Positions 37,811-48,311 of a stretch of DNA of 64,000 bases are shown here, piece after piece. Within the stretch, counting starts at the first letter, position 1, and each line of letters begins with the position of its first letter. The notes beneath the pieces are model-generated. The model had not been told where the DNA came from. It saw nothing but the letters and a program-made list of their open reading frames with translations, and ran no database searches. Position numbers and translations under genes: made by a program. This DNA comes from an uncultured Kordia sp. (GTDB taxonomy: Bacteria > Bacteroidota > Bacteroidia > Flavobacteriales > Flavobacteriaceae), in assembly GCA_964351775.1 (NCBI GenBank), contig CAYGPQ010000005.1, positions 3,640 to 67,639 of the forward strand. Direction: 5' to 3'.

Positions 37811-38632
37811 TTATCCGTTTGTTGTAAATCCTGGATAACACGTCATGCCACCATCAACAAATAATGTTGTTCCGTTTACGTAATCTGATTCATCTGAAGC
37901 TAACCATGTGGCAGCAGCACCGATGTCTGATGGTTGCCCAATACGCTTGTAGGGAATTAATTTGTTTAATTCATTTAGCGCTTCTGGTGTTTCCCAAGCT
38001 TCTTTATTTATGGGTGTTTGAATGGCTCCAGGCGCAATACTATTAGCACGAATACCATGAGGCCCATACTCTTGGGTAATGGACTGCATTAACATAACAA
38101 TTGCTCCTTTTGAAGCTGCATAGTTGGCATGACCTGCCCAAGGAATAATTTCATGCACGGAACTCATGTGAATAATTTTACCCAAAGCTTTAGACACTTC
38201 AGGTCGCATACCACGTCTCAAAAACTCCTTAATGGCTTCTTTAACACATAGAAACTGACCTGTTAGGTTGACATCAAGTACCAATTGCCATTCTTTTAAT
38301 GGCATTTCGTGCAATGGAAAATCTCTTTGCAGGCCTGCATTGGGCACACATATATCCACAGTACCAAAATGGTCAATCGTTTTTTTGAACATTGCCTGTA
38401 CTTGATCTTCTTTACTCACATCTGCTTTTATGGCAATCCCTTGTCCACATAATTTATCATTACAGATGTTGTGTGCAATCTCCTCAGCAGCTTCTGGATT
38501 AGAAACATAATTAACTACAACATTAGCTCCATCTCTTCCCAAAGCTATAGCTACCTCTTTTCCAATACCTGAATTGGCTCCAGTTACAATGGCGGTTTGA
38601 CCTAATAATCTTTTGTTCGGTTTTTGGTACAT
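37811..38632 (-). CDS. Glucose 1-dehydrogenase-like SDR
   Basis: TGANSGIG, SSVHEIIPW, NYAASKG, PGAIQTPIN. Confidence 0.85.
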   Translation of the reverse strand: MYQKPNKRLLGQTAIVTGANSGIGKEVAIALGRDGANVVVNYVSNPEAAEEIAHNICNDKLCGQGIAIKADVSKEDQVQAMFKKTIDHFGTVDICVPNAGLQRDFPLHEMPLKEWQLVLDVNLTGQFLCVKEAIKEFLRRGMRPEVSKALGKIIHMSSVHEIIPWAGHANYAASKGAIVMLMQSITQEYGPHGIRANSIAPGAIQTPINKEAWETPEALNELNKLIPYKRIGQPSDIGAAATWLASDESDYVNGTTLFVDGGMTCYPGFTTNG

Positions 38633-38635
38633 ATT

Positions 38636-40279
38636 TTAAAGTTTTGTGCCTGGCATTTTTCCGCCAATTTTAGTTCTAATTTTATATAAACCTGAATGCG
38701 CTGCGAGATAGAGTGTTTTACCATCGTCTCCCCAAGCCATGTTTGCTGGTCGTTCAGTACCTATTATTTTACCCAATAATTTAGCTTCCGGTGAAAGGAC
38801 CCATACACCGCCTGGTGCAGAGACATATACATTACCTTTTACATCTACTTTTACACCATCTAAAGCTTCTGCTTCATTGGTTTGGTTCATTTCATAGAAG
38901 AGTTCCATTTTCCCTAATGTACCATCTGGATTCACAGGAAAGCGATAGAGTTTTTTGGAATTCATCACATCTCTAATATCCCAATTACTTACATATAAGA
39001 ATTTTTCATCTGGTGAAAAGGCAATGCCATTAGGACCACCAACAGTTTTAGTTAATAGTTCTACCTTGCCATTCTTAACTCTGTAAACACCTTGAAAAGA
39101 AGTTTCCTTTTTTGGATCACTATAGTTTTTTTCTAGACCATAAGGTGGATCGGTAAAGTAGAGTGTGCCATCAGATTTGAAAACCAAATCATTTGGACTA
39201 TTCAATCGTTGTCCGTCAATTTCTGACGCAATAACGATTATTGGCCCTTTACGTTCGTGTTTTATAACACGTCTGTTTCCGTGCTGGCAAACGTACAATT
39301 GACCATTATTATCGAGCGTCAATCCGTTAGAACCTGGTTGATGGATTTTTCCAATATCAGTTCCTGAATATCCTGATTTTGTAATATAAACCTCAACATT
39401 CTTGGTTTTAGGACTGTACTTGTAAATCACATTGGCATTGGGATCACTAAAAAGCAAAAAGCCCGAAGGATGCCAAACAGGACCCTCAATAAACTGGAAG
39501 CCTTCTGCTAGTTTTTCAACCTTTTCATTTGGATCAATAATTTCATTTAATTCAGGTTGTAAGGTTACGACCTCACCCAAATTTTCCCAGTCTTTGTTTA
39601 CCTCATAATCCTTGTGAAAGTCTATAGTGGCAGAACGTATCCAGATATAGTTATCCGGTATATCTGCCAACGGACCGTTAATCCCTAAAACTGCAATTTG
39701 AAATGTTTCACCTGGTCTTGCATTATTGGTTAACAACACTCGGTTTCTTGCATTAAAACCCTTTATCATTCCATTACCAGACTGTCCGAAGGTTTTATCT
39801 AACTTTCCGTTTACCCATATTTCAGAATAATCATCAATGACTATTTCGAAGAATACAGATGAATTTTCGGTGTCAAATCCGTCAATGCTATTAGGTATTG
39901 TAATATTTAATCGATACCAGTTAAAGCATAACCTGCCAGGGCATCTTCGTTCTTCTAAAGTTGTTGGGTCTAAAGTTTCCCAATTGCTATCATTGTAGCT
40001 TGTACCTCCTGCTTTAGGTTCAATATTCCATGTTGGTTGTTTTTTCCCAGTTGGATATAGTGCTAAGGGATCGGATTCACTCGGTCCAGGCGCACCAAAC
40101 GAGTCATCAACAATTTGAGCATCACTATATCTCCAAGCTGTTTTGAGAAGGGCAACACCCTTGTTTGTCCTTAAATCTACTACCACATCAGGATTATCTA
40201 CAACAAGCTCTCTACTTTCCTGTGCGGTTAATAGAAATGTTGAACATAGTACCAATACAACTACTAATCGTTTCATCAT
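38636..40279 (-). CDS. Secreted SMP-30/gluconolactonase with an N-terminal beta-sandwich domain
   Basis: Signal peptide; WYRLNITIP...IDDYSEIWVNG domain followed by SGL propeller motifs. Confidence 0.85.
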   Translation of the reverse strand: MMKRLVVVLVLCSTFLLTAQESRELVVDNPDVVVDLRTNKGVALLKTAWRYSDAQIVDDSFGAPGPSESDPLALYPTGKKQPTWNIEPKAGGTSYNDSNWETLDPTTLEERRCPGRLCFNWYRLNITIPNSIDGFDTENSSVFFEIVIDDYSEIWVNGKLDKTFGQSGNGMIKGFNARNRVLLTNNARPGETFQIAVLGINGPLADIPDNYIWIRSATIDFHKDYEVNKDWENLGEVVTLQPELNEIIDPNEKVEKLAEGFQFIEGPVWHPSGFLLFSDPNANVIYKYSPKTKNVEVYITKSGYSGTDIGKIHQPGSNGLTLDNNGQLYVCQHGNRRVIKHERKGPIIVIASEIDGQRLNSPNDLVFKSDGTLYFTDPPYGLEKNYSDPKKETSFQGVYRVKNGKVELLTKTVGGPNGIAFSPDEKFLYVSNWDIRDVMNSKKLYRFPVNPDGTLGKMELFYEMNQTNEAEALDGVKVDVKGNVYVSAPGGVWVLSPEAKLLGKIIGTERPANMAWGDDGKTLYLAAHSGLYKIRTKIGGKMPGTKL

Positions 40280-40806
40280 TATTTTATATTACTAGGTTCT
40301 GAATAAGTATCTGAGATGGCTACACCATTTTCTGAAACAATGCAATTCCATCTATTCGTTGCTTTGTCAATGATTTTCTGTGGGTCTTTTTTCCACATTT
40401 TATGGGCTCTTTCACTTTTACTGAAATACAGTTTGCCATCCTTTAAATCAAAAAGATCGTAGGTAGTCAATTCTTCAGCATTACCGAAAGAGGCAGCAAC
40501 TGCACAAAAGCCACCAAACTGTGGTTGGTACTTTTCAGGATTGTTATCAAACATTTTTTTATTTACATCTGACGAAAAGTGGTAATTCACACCATTAATC
40601 TTAGAAGTGAATTCTTGGCTTCCTTTAATCAATTTTTTGGTATTATAAATAGCCACGATATCGTAGCCTTCCATAGCGATACTATGGCCTGCTTCGTCTG
40701 TATTGATTAAGTGTTTTCCTTCTGGGAAAGGTTGATCACACTCAGGATTGCATGATGTGCTCAAAAACCCAAGACTAATCAGTATTATTAAGAGTTTATA
40801 TTTCAT
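40279..40806 (-). CDS. YHS-domain lipoprotein
   Basis: LSTSC lipobox; GYDIVA, PEKYQPQFGGFCA. Confidence 0.8.
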   Translation of the reverse strand: MKYKLLIILISLGFLSTSCNPECDQPFPEGKHLINTDEAGHSIAMEGYDIVAIYNTKKLIKGSQEFTSKINGVNYHFSSDVNKKMFDNNPEKYQPQFGGFCAVAASFGNAEELTTYDLFDLKDGKLYFSKSERAHKMWKKDPQKIIDKATNRWNCIVSENGVAISDTYSEPSNIK

Positions 40807-40818
40807 AGTTTCTAAGTA

Positions 40819-41673
40819 TTAATTTAAACCTGCTTCAGCTATCTCTACATCTTGATCTGCACTAGCTGCTCCACTAACACCAATGCCACCAACAGTCTTT
40901 CCGTTTACCTTAATTGGCAAACCACCTCGTAACATATTGTAGCCAACGGTTATTAGTGAAGTTCTGCCTTTGATTATGGCATCTTCCATATTTTTAGAAG
41001 GAAATCCGAATAAGGCAGAAGTTCTTGCTTTACCAATGGACACCTCAGAAGCTGCATGAAAAGTACCTGTTGCCCTTACCAAATAAATGGTGTAACCCGC
41101 TTCATCAACAACTGCAATAGCACCTCCAGGTGCTTTATTATTTTTAAGGTACATCATGGCTTTATCTCCAATTTTCTTTGCAGCATCAAGTGTTAATGAT
41201 CCATTCTCTAAATCTTTGTACGTTAATTCAGAACCATTCTTTTTTAGTATTTCTGGCCAATTTTTATCTGCATTTGGGATAAACATTTGTGGTTTTTTTG
41301 AATCCCACATTCCCTTGGCCTTGGCGTTTCTTTGAACATATAGTTTACCATCTACAACAGACCATGTTTCTACACTACCAGGCTCTAACATACCCATAGA
41401 AGTAGATACAGCACAAAAGCCACCATATTGCGGTGCATATTTAGCTGGGTCGCTCTTAAATGTTTTTAAATTCTTTGCTGAACTGAAGTAATACACCGCA
41501 GCATTGTATTCATGCTGAAATTCATAATGTCCTGGCGTTGCCTCTTTGTCGGTTTGAAAAGCAACAACATCATAACCGTCTAAGATGACGCCTTTTGCAT
41601 TGACATTAACTAGGTTTTGTGATTGCAATGTGATTGCAAAAAAGAGGGCAATTAAAAAACTTACTTTTTTCAT
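40819..41673 (-). CDS. YHS-domain / GlcG-HbpS heme-binding fusion protein
   Basis: GYDVVA...PQYGGFCA, then AIAVVDEAG...KARTS...GGLPI...GGIGVSGA...QD. Confidence 0.8.
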   Translation of the reverse strand: MKKVSFLIALFFAITLQSQNLVNVNAKGVILDGYDVVAFQTDKEATPGHYEFQHEYNAAVYYFSSAKNLKTFKSDPAKYAPQYGGFCAVSTSMGMLEPGSVETWSVVDGKLYVQRNAKAKGMWDSKKPQMFIPNADKNWPEILKKNGSELTYKDLENGSLTLDAAKKIGDKAMMYLKNNKAPGGAIAVVDEAGYTIYLVRATGTFHAASEVSIGKARTSALFGFPSKNMEDAIIKGRTSLITVGYNMLRGGLPIKVNGKTVGGIGVSGAASADQDVEIAEAGLN

Positions 41674-41696
41674 AATACTTTGGTTTATAGTTAATT

Positions 41697-42719
41697 TTAT
41701 TCTACAAATAGTAAAGCGTGTCCATCAGGATCTCTAGCCATAAAGGCCTTATTTCCTCCCAGTTTTAATTCTTTACTAATCGTAATTCTTGTTGATATAA
41801 TTTCTAGGTGATTTTGACTCATTAACTCTTTAAAAAGGGTTTCAATATTTTTTACCTTTATAGTTGTATGCCAATGCCACAAATCTGTAACTTCTGAATC
41901 TTCTGGATAAACTCTTCCTCCTGGTGGTGCTATATATTGAAGAAACTCAATACCAAAACCTTTTGTAGCTTTTAAACCAGTAATTAATAAATGGGCTCCA
42001 AAAACCTGATTTAAATGTTCTTGTTCTGGACCGTAGTTTGTGCTGTTTCCTGCAACATCTAAACCAAGAATATCCGAGTAGTAGGTGATTCCAACATCGG
42101 TATCCGAAACACCAATTGCTGTATGATCAATTCCTATAAAAGGTGAATTACTTGTGTTATTTTGCCATTTAGGATTTCCTTTATCTTTTGGGAAATAAAT
42201 AACCTCTAAATTATGACCATCTGGATCTCTAAAATAGAACGCTTTTATTCCTGCGGCTGCTGGAATGTACTCAGGTAATTCTTGAGGCATTGTAGACACA
42301 TGAACTACCTTATGTTTTTTCAAAATTGCATACGCTTTGTCCATATCATTAACAACAATGGCAATATGCTGAAACCATAAGTCGTTGCTTTGAGAATCCT
42401 CTGGGATTAGCTTTCCGTCTGTAGGCTGAATAAACTGCATTAATTGAATAAATTCTTCTCCTATTTGAAGTTTTGCTTTTACAACTTTTAAGCCTTCATA
42501 TTCAAGATTAAAAAGCGCATTCAATTCTTTATTTTGTAGCGTGTCAATAGAGATTTTTTTAAAGGATAAGACATCTGTATAAAAATTGATAGATGCATTT
42601 AAATCTGAGACTGTCATAGTTACCTCTTTTACCTCTTGCGCAAACTCTTCTTGACTAGAGACTGCACTAAAACAGAGTCCCGTTAAAATCCAAACAATTA
42701 TTTTTAGTTCTTTAATCAT
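41697..42719 (-). CDS. Secreted two-domain VOC (glyoxalase-like) protein
   Basis: Signal peptide; FQHIAIVV, FRDPDGHNLE, IDHTAI, RDPDGH. Confidence 0.85.
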   Translation of the reverse strand: MIKELKIIVWILTGLCFSAVSSQEEFAQEVKEVTMTVSDLNASINFYTDVLSFKKISIDTLQNKELNALFNLEYEGLKVVKAKLQIGEEFIQLMQFIQPTDGKLIPEDSQSNDLWFQHIAIVVNDMDKAYAILKKHKVVHVSTMPQELPEYIPAAAGIKAFYFRDPDGHNLEVIYFPKDKGNPKWQNNTSNSPFIGIDHTAIGVSDTDVGITYYSDILGLDVAGNSTNYGPEQEHLNQVFGAHLLITGLKATKGFGIEFLQYIAPPGGRVYPEDSEVTDLWHWHTTIKVKNIETLFKELMSQNHLEIISTRITISKELKLGGNKAFMARDPDGHALLFVE

Positions 42720-44265
42720 TTGATTTTAATTTTTTAGAAATATGTTCGCCAACACGCAATGCATTAGCAATAATGGTAAGTGATGGGTTTACTGCACTTG
42801 ATGATGGAAAAAAACTTGAGTCAACCACGTATAAATTATCAAGATCGTGTGCTTTACAATTAATATCTAAAACAGATGTCTTAGGGTCAGTTCCAAATCT
42901 ACAGGTGCCGTTTTGATGTGAAACACCAGAGATACCTAACTTAAAACCTACATAGGCATTATCTTTACAGTAGCCTTCTTCACAATCAATATGGTCTAAT
43001 AAATCGATTAGTTTTTTTCGCAATCGTTGATAGGCTTCTAAATTATTTTGATTATAGATTAACTTAATCTGTCCCTCTTCAGTTACAGTAACTCTATTAT
43101 TATGGTCTGGTAAATCTTCAGCTGTAATAAAGAAATCGATGCTATGTTTTGATACATCATCAACGTCAAATACTTTATCAGGATTGATTTGTTTTAATTC
43201 GTCAGCCAATGTAACTGGGTCTGTTTTTCCCATTAATTGAATGGTACCCAGAGGCAATTCAGAATCATCGGCATTGTGATAAAAATCAGGAATTAGAAAT
43301 GCTTTTTGAAACTCCGAAGGGTTTGGCTTTTTTGAGACAGCAACGACAGTTCCATTATTATGCATCATCAAATGACGCCCAACTAATCCAGAAGAATTTG
43401 CTAGTCCGTTTGGAAATTTTTTAGACTTTGAATTCAATAATAATTTGGCTGAATTTATGGCGCCACATGCCAAAATAATGGTAACACCCTTATAGCTAAC
43501 TTCTTTCCCCTCCTCGTTAACACAAAGCACTGAATTTATTGACTTACTATCTTCTGAAACATCTAACCAAACAACAGTCTGATTGGTTTTTAATGTGACA
43601 TTCGATTTTTTTAAAGCCTTTTTTAAAGCAACTGTATGAGCATCTGATTTTGATTCTGTCGGATCTGGATACCCATCAAACAAAGAGAGGTTTACTTTGT
43701 CTTTAATTTTCTTTTTATCTTCTGGTAAGCTTATCCCGATTGGTATTGGTGAAGGATGTAACCCTTTTGCCGCGAGCTTATCTGAAATATCTTTCATCCT
43801 TGGCTCATAACTTAGAGCTGGATATGGATAATCTTTTGAAGATTCAGCTTCGTAAGGATCAAAACCACGAGTTCCATGAACGTTATAAAGTTTTTCAGCT
43901 TTACTATAATACGACTCAAAGTCGTTATATTTTAATGGCCATTCTGGTGAGGTTCCACCATAATGCTTTACTTCGTTAAAATCTGATTCGCGCATTCTTA
44001 AAAGCGCTGCTCCATACATCTTAGTATTCCCTCCAACACAATAATGTGTATATGGCGAAAACTCTTCGTCATTTTTGTCTAACCATTTTTCATCAGGTCT
44101 GTAACGACCTTCTGCTACAGCTATTGGGTCCCAATTCTCTTTTTCCTTAGGCAAAAACCCACCACGCTCAATAATTAGAATACGCTTACCAGTTTTTGCT
44201 AATTTGTATGCAATGGTAGAACCACCCGCTCCAGTACCTATAATGATGATGTCGTAATTTTTCAT
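42712..44265 (-). CDS. GMC family FAD oxidoreductase
   Basis: IIIGTGAGG, VGGNT, HQNGTCRFG, VNPSLTI. Confidence 0.93.
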   Translation of the reverse strand: MKNYDIIIIGTGAGGSTIAYKLAKTGKRILIIERGGFLPKEKENWDPIAVAEGRYRPDEKWLDKNDEEFSPYTHYCVGGNTKMYGAALLRMRESDFNEVKHYGGTSPEWPLKYNDFESYYSKAEKLYNVHGTRGFDPYEAESSKDYPYPALSYEPRMKDISDKLAAKGLHPSPIPIGISLPEDKKKIKDKVNLSLFDGYPDPTESKSDAHTVALKKALKKSNVTLKTNQTVVWLDVSEDSKSINSVLCVNEEGKEVSYKGVTIILACGAINSAKLLLNSKSKKFPNGLANSSGLVGRHLMMHNNGTVVAVSKKPNPSEFQKAFLIPDFYHNADDSELPLGTIQLMGKTDPVTLADELKQINPDKVFDVDDVSKHSIDFFITAEDLPDHNNRVTVTEEGQIKLIYNQNNLEAYQRLRKKLIDLLDHIDCEEGYCKDNAYVGFKLGISGVSHQNGTCRFGTDPKTSVLDINCKAHDLDNLYVVDSSFFPSSSAVNPSLTIIANALRVGEHISKKLKSND

Positions 44266-44380
44266 TGAAAAGAGAAATTGTTAATCTGAATTAATTATTT
44301 ACTTCTTCAAACTTATAACTCTATTACAAGGACTAACATCGTTGGTATCTTGGATATTTAGAAATATTGACAGGCAAAGG

Positions 44381-44396
44381 TCATTGGAATCAATGA
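44381..44396. promoter_or_regulatory. Palindromic operator TCATTG-GAAT-CAATGA
   Basis: Lies in the divergent intergenic region; related copies at 50358 and 51116. Confidence 0.65.
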
Positions 44397-44457
44397 TTTA
44401 TAGAAGACCAACATGCGCAACAGTTTATAATTCCACTTAAAATATATATATTTAGAC

Positions 44458-47400
44458 ATGCTAATATGCCTAAAAAGAAAGCGATATACATTTAAGCTAT
44501 ATTTCACAAAAAAATTTAGTCTTGTACTTCTTTGTTTTTGTCTATCGCTTTCTGCTCAAAATAAGATTACAGAGAAGCAATTATTTATGAGCAACTTGGG
44601 TGTAGACGATGGGCTTTCTGCTGGTCTTGTTTCTGGTATAGCACAAGACCGTGACGGATATATGTGGTTTGGAACTTCAGATGGGCTCAACCGTTATGAC
44701 GGACACCGTTTTAAACGTTACTTTCATGATTCTAAAGACCCAAATTCATTAACAAACAATTACATTACCGAAGTGTTCATTGATTCTCGGGATTGGCTAT
44801 GGATTATAACATCAAATCATAAGCTTCATATCTATAACAAAGAGGAAGATAATTTTATTAAAGTACCGGTAAATTATGCCGCTGAACTATTTGAGGATAA
44901 TTCTGGTAGGATATGGTACCATACATCTATTTATGAAAGAGAAATTATTCCTTTAGAAACTCAATGGACTATCACTGATTTAAAAAAGTTTATCGATGAG
45001 GATTTTAAGGTATTTTCACAATCTCAATTATTTCCAAACCTTCCAGATAAGGTTCACTATAAATCCATACTCTTTTCTAAAAACACAGGTTTATGGCTGC
45101 ACAAGAATGACACCTTATACAATTACAATCTAAGTGCAAAAGAGAAGCATTCTCAATTGTTCTTTAAAACAGAATTTAAGTCTACAAAATTTAAGTCTAA
45201 AGCGTTTACACAATTAAATGAAAAATCTAATGGGGAACTCATCATTGCCTCAGATATTGAGAAAATGCTAATTGTAAAACACAAAAATCAAAAGTTTACA
45301 TACGACCTTGAGTTATTTCCAATGCAAACTCATAAGAGTATTGCCGTAAAATATGTTGATGCCGGTAATCGAATATGGCTGACCAGTATATTTGGCATAT
45401 TTAGATTTAATACCGACACTATGACTTGGGATAAAATTAAACTTCCAGAATCCAAAGCAAAAAACGAGCAACTTTTATGGATAGATAAATTTTATCAAGA
45501 TAAAAATAATGTATTATGGATGGGAAGCACGGGTTATGGTATTTTTAAATGCACGCCTGCGCACGATGCGATAAAATACTTTGGCAATGAAAACGCAGGG
45601 CCTTCAACGTATCAAATCACTGATTACGGCGAAAATGAAGTCCTGTTATTTCATAATAATGAGAGTCCGCTATTTAACATCCTTAATTATAAGGATGAAG
45701 TTTACAAAGATATTGCACATAAAATACCAAATACTTTGGGTGATATACTTAAAAAGCATCCAAGGGTTTTCATTGACTCTAAAAAAAATCTATGGTTTAC
45801 GCTTCACTATAAACCTGCTTATTTTGAACTACATAAAATAAAATATTTATTTGATGAAAATCAAAGCATTGATATAGAGAAAATTGATATTAAGGGAATA
45901 CGAGCCAACAATTTATTTGAGCATAATGAGGACATATGGGCCATTGGGTGCGCCAATAATGTAGACCAGATTACTTTATTTCCGTATCTCTATCTTTTTA
46001 AATGGAGTGAGTCAGCTAAAGAATTTATTTTAGAAGGCGCTTATAGAAATCTACCAGATAATTTTTTGTTTGGTCAGTTTATGTTTTCGCATTTAGATGC
46101 TGACAATGTACTTTGGTTTGGATTTGATAAAGGAGGACTTGTGAGCTATGACATCAATAAAAAGTCTTGGCAACATTTTTATAAAGAGAGTACATCAAAT
46201 CCATTACCATCTAATCATATTCTTTCAATTGAAGCTTCACTAAATAAGCCACAAACCAACTTTTGGTTAGGGACTAGAGATGGACTCGTTGATTTTAATT
46301 TTAAGAACAATAGTTTTCAATTGTATGATAAAAAGCAAGGATTGCCTAATAATACCATATATGGTGTATTACATGAAGATGAAAATCATGTGTGGTTAAG
46401 TTCAAATAGAGGGCTAACGAGATTTAATCCTACAAAAAAGACAATTACAAATTACGACAAAGAAGATGGCTTACAGCATAGCGAATTTAATCGCTGGGCC
46501 TTTTTAAAGAAAGAAGATGGCACCCTATTTTTTGGTGGTGTTGGGGGCCTCAGCTGGTTTCATCCTAACAAACTTAGGTTAAAAGAAAAGAAGAGTCCCA
46601 TAATAATCAATGGTCTAATAATTAATGGAAAAAGAGCGGATAGCTTGCTATTAAAAAATGAGGCCCTCAACTTATCACATAAGCAAAATCAGATAACTTT
46701 TGAGTTTGCCAAATTGGATTATTCTTCGAAAAAAAGAAATCCTTATGCTTATAAGTTAGAGTGGGAAGGTTCTTCAGAAGATTGGACAGACATTGGTACA
46801 ACACCAGAGCGCATGTTTACAAATTTGCTTCCTGGGGGCTATCGTTTTATTCTTGGGTCTTATAATAATGACGGAACTTTTTCAGAACTAAATGCGTCAA
46901 TTGATTTTTTTATTCAAACGCCTTGGTGGCAAACTATTTGGTTTAAGCTATTGATCATAGCCATTCTAGGTGCTATCATGTATTACATATGGTTTGTAAG
47001 ATTACATGCTAAATTACGTTTAGAGAAATTAAGAAATTCGCTATCTAGAGATTTACATGATGAAATAGGCTCAACCTTATCTAGTATTTCTCTTTTTGGT
47101 GCGGTTGCAGAGCAAGAAGTCGAGACTAACCCCAAAAATGCCAAAAAACTGATAAAGCAAATGGATGCCAATGCAACAGAATCTATTGTAGCTATGAATG
47201 ACATTGTTTGGACCTTAAAACATGGAAATGATACTGTAGGAAATCTTTTGAACCGAATTCGCTTTTATACAAGTGAAATGGAAGGCTTAGGGCATTGGAA
47301 TGTGACTATTTATTGTGAGAAAAAAGTAAAAAAAGTAAAAGTAGACATTATAAAATTTCGAAATATCTTTTTAATCTTAAAGGAAGGATTAAATAATGCC

Positions 47401-47637
47401 TTTAAATACTCTGAAGGTTCCGAAATTATCTTAAGAATATACTCAAAATCTAAAAGTAAACACCTCATTATCGAGATAGAAGATAATGGTATTGGATTTG
47501 ATTTAAACAGCAAAGCGCTTTCGAATGGAAACGGCTTAAACAATATGACGCATCGGGCAGAGCATATAAAAGGAAAGCTAGATATAAAAACCTCTAAAGG
47601 AAAAGGAACGAAACTAAAACTAGAATTTTCTATTTAG
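44458..47637 (+). CDS. Sensor histidine kinase with periplasmic beta-propeller/Y_Y_Y domain (HisKA_3)
   Basis: MWFGTSDGLNRYDG repeats, TM segment, DLHDEIGSTLSSI, DNGIGF, GNGL. Confidence 0.92.
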   Translation: MLICLKRKRYTFKLYFTKKFSLVLLCFCLSLSAQNKITEKQLFMSNLGVDDGLSAGLVSGIAQDRDGYMWFGTSDGLNRYDGHRFKRYFHDSKDPNSLTNNYITEVFIDSRDWLWIITSNHKLHIYNKEEDNFIKVPVNYAAELFEDNSGRIWYHTSIYEREIIPLETQWTITDLKKFIDEDFKVFSQSQLFPNLPDKVHYKSILFSKNTGLWLHKNDTLYNYNLSAKEKHSQLFFKTEFKSTKFKSKAFTQLNEKSNGELIIASDIEKMLIVKHKNQKFTYDLELFPMQTHKSIAVKYVDAGNRIWLTSIFGIFRFNTDTMTWDKIKLPESKAKNEQLLWIDKFYQDKNNVLWMGSTGYGIFKCTPAHDAIKYFGNENAGPSTYQITDYGENEVLLFHNNESPLFNILNYKDEVYKDIAHKIPNTLGDILKKHPRVFIDSKKNLWFTLHYKPAYFELHKIKYLFDENQSIDIEKIDIKGIRANNLFEHNEDIWAIGCANNVDQITLFPYLYLFKWSESAKEFILEGAYRNLPDNFLFGQFMFSHLDADNVLWFGFDKGGLVSYDINKKSWQHFYKESTSNPLPSNHILSIEASLNKPQTNFWLGTRDGLVDFNFKNNSFQLYDKKQGLPNNTIYGVLHEDENHVWLSSNRGLTRFNPTKKTITNYDKEDGLQHSEFNRWAFLKKEDGTLFFGGVGGLSWFHPNKLRLKEKKSPIIINGLIINGKRADSLLLKNEALNLSHKQNQITFEFAKLDYSSKKRNPYAYKLEWEGSSEDWTDIGTTPERMFTNLLPGGYRFILGSYNNDGTFSELNASIDFFIQTPWWQTIWFKLLIIAILGAIMYYIWFVRLHAKLRLEKLRNSLSRDLHDEIGSTLSSISLFGAVAEQEVETNPKNAKKLIKQMDANATESIVAMNDIVWTLKHGNDTVGNLLNRIRFYTSEMEGLGHWNVTIYCEKKVKKVKVDIIKFRNIFLILKEGLNNAFKYSEGSEIILRIYSKSKSKHLIIEIEDNGIGFDLNSKALSNGNGLNNMTHRAEHIKGKLDIKTSKGKGTKLKLEFSI

Positions 47638-47651
47638 ACAAAAAAAAGACA

Positions 47652-48287
47652 ATGATAAATGTAGTTGTATTTGATGATAATGTATCGCGACGTAAAGGTC
47701 TAAAATTGCTCATAGATGCCATGGAGGATATGACCTGTATTGCCGAATTTAGAGATTGTACAGATGTTGTGAAAAAATTGAGAACCTTGCATGTTGATGT
47801 AATATTAATGGACATAAACATGCCCAACGTCAATGGTATTGAAGGGGTAAGACTCATAAAAGCGTCTTACCCAAATATAAAAATCATTATGCAAACCATT
47901 TTTGAAGATGAAAGTAAAATATTAGAGGCGATTTCTGCGGGCGCTGACGGCTATATTATGAAACAAAAATCGCCCTTAGACCTTATTGAAGGTATTAGAG
48001 AGGTTTTACAAGGAGGTGCGCCCATTACACCTTCAGTTGCTCATAAAATACTTACACTTTTTAAAAATCGTAAGGTCATGCCAAAATCCAAAGATTTTAA
48101 CCTTACTAAACGTGAAATTGAAGTATTAAAATTATTAATTGAAGGGAATAGCTACAAAATGATTGCTGAAAAATGTTATATAAGTTATCCAACAGTAAAT
48201 ACTCATGTTTCAAATATTTATAAAAAACTGCAAGTGCAATCGGTTGCATCGGCAGTAGCAAAAGCTTTAAAAGAGGGACTTGTCTAA
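47652..48287 (+). CDS. NarL/LuxR family response regulator
   Basis: ILMDINMP receiver; LTKREIEVL...YKMIAEKCYISYPTVNTH HTH. Confidence 0.95.
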   Translation: MINVVVFDDNVSRRKGLKLLIDAMEDMTCIAEFRDCTDVVKKLRTLHVDVILMDINMPNVNGIEGVRLIKASYPNIKIIMQTIFEDESKILEAISAGADGYIMKQKSPLDLIEGIREVLQGGAPITPSVAHKILTLFKNRKVMPKSKDFNLTKREIEVLKLLIEGNSYKMIAEKCYISYPTVNTHVSNIYKKLQVQSVASAVAKALKEGLV

Positions 48288-48311
48288 TATAATTTATATA
48301 AACTAACGCTT

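Noticed and set aside
37800-37841. Longer start for the MGH1-like hydrolase
   Set aside because: Overlaps the upstream dehydrogenase; ATG 37799 fits the operon spacing
40279-41673. Selenocysteine recoding in YHS proteins
   Set aside because: All copies encode Cys in GGFCA with no in-frame TGA
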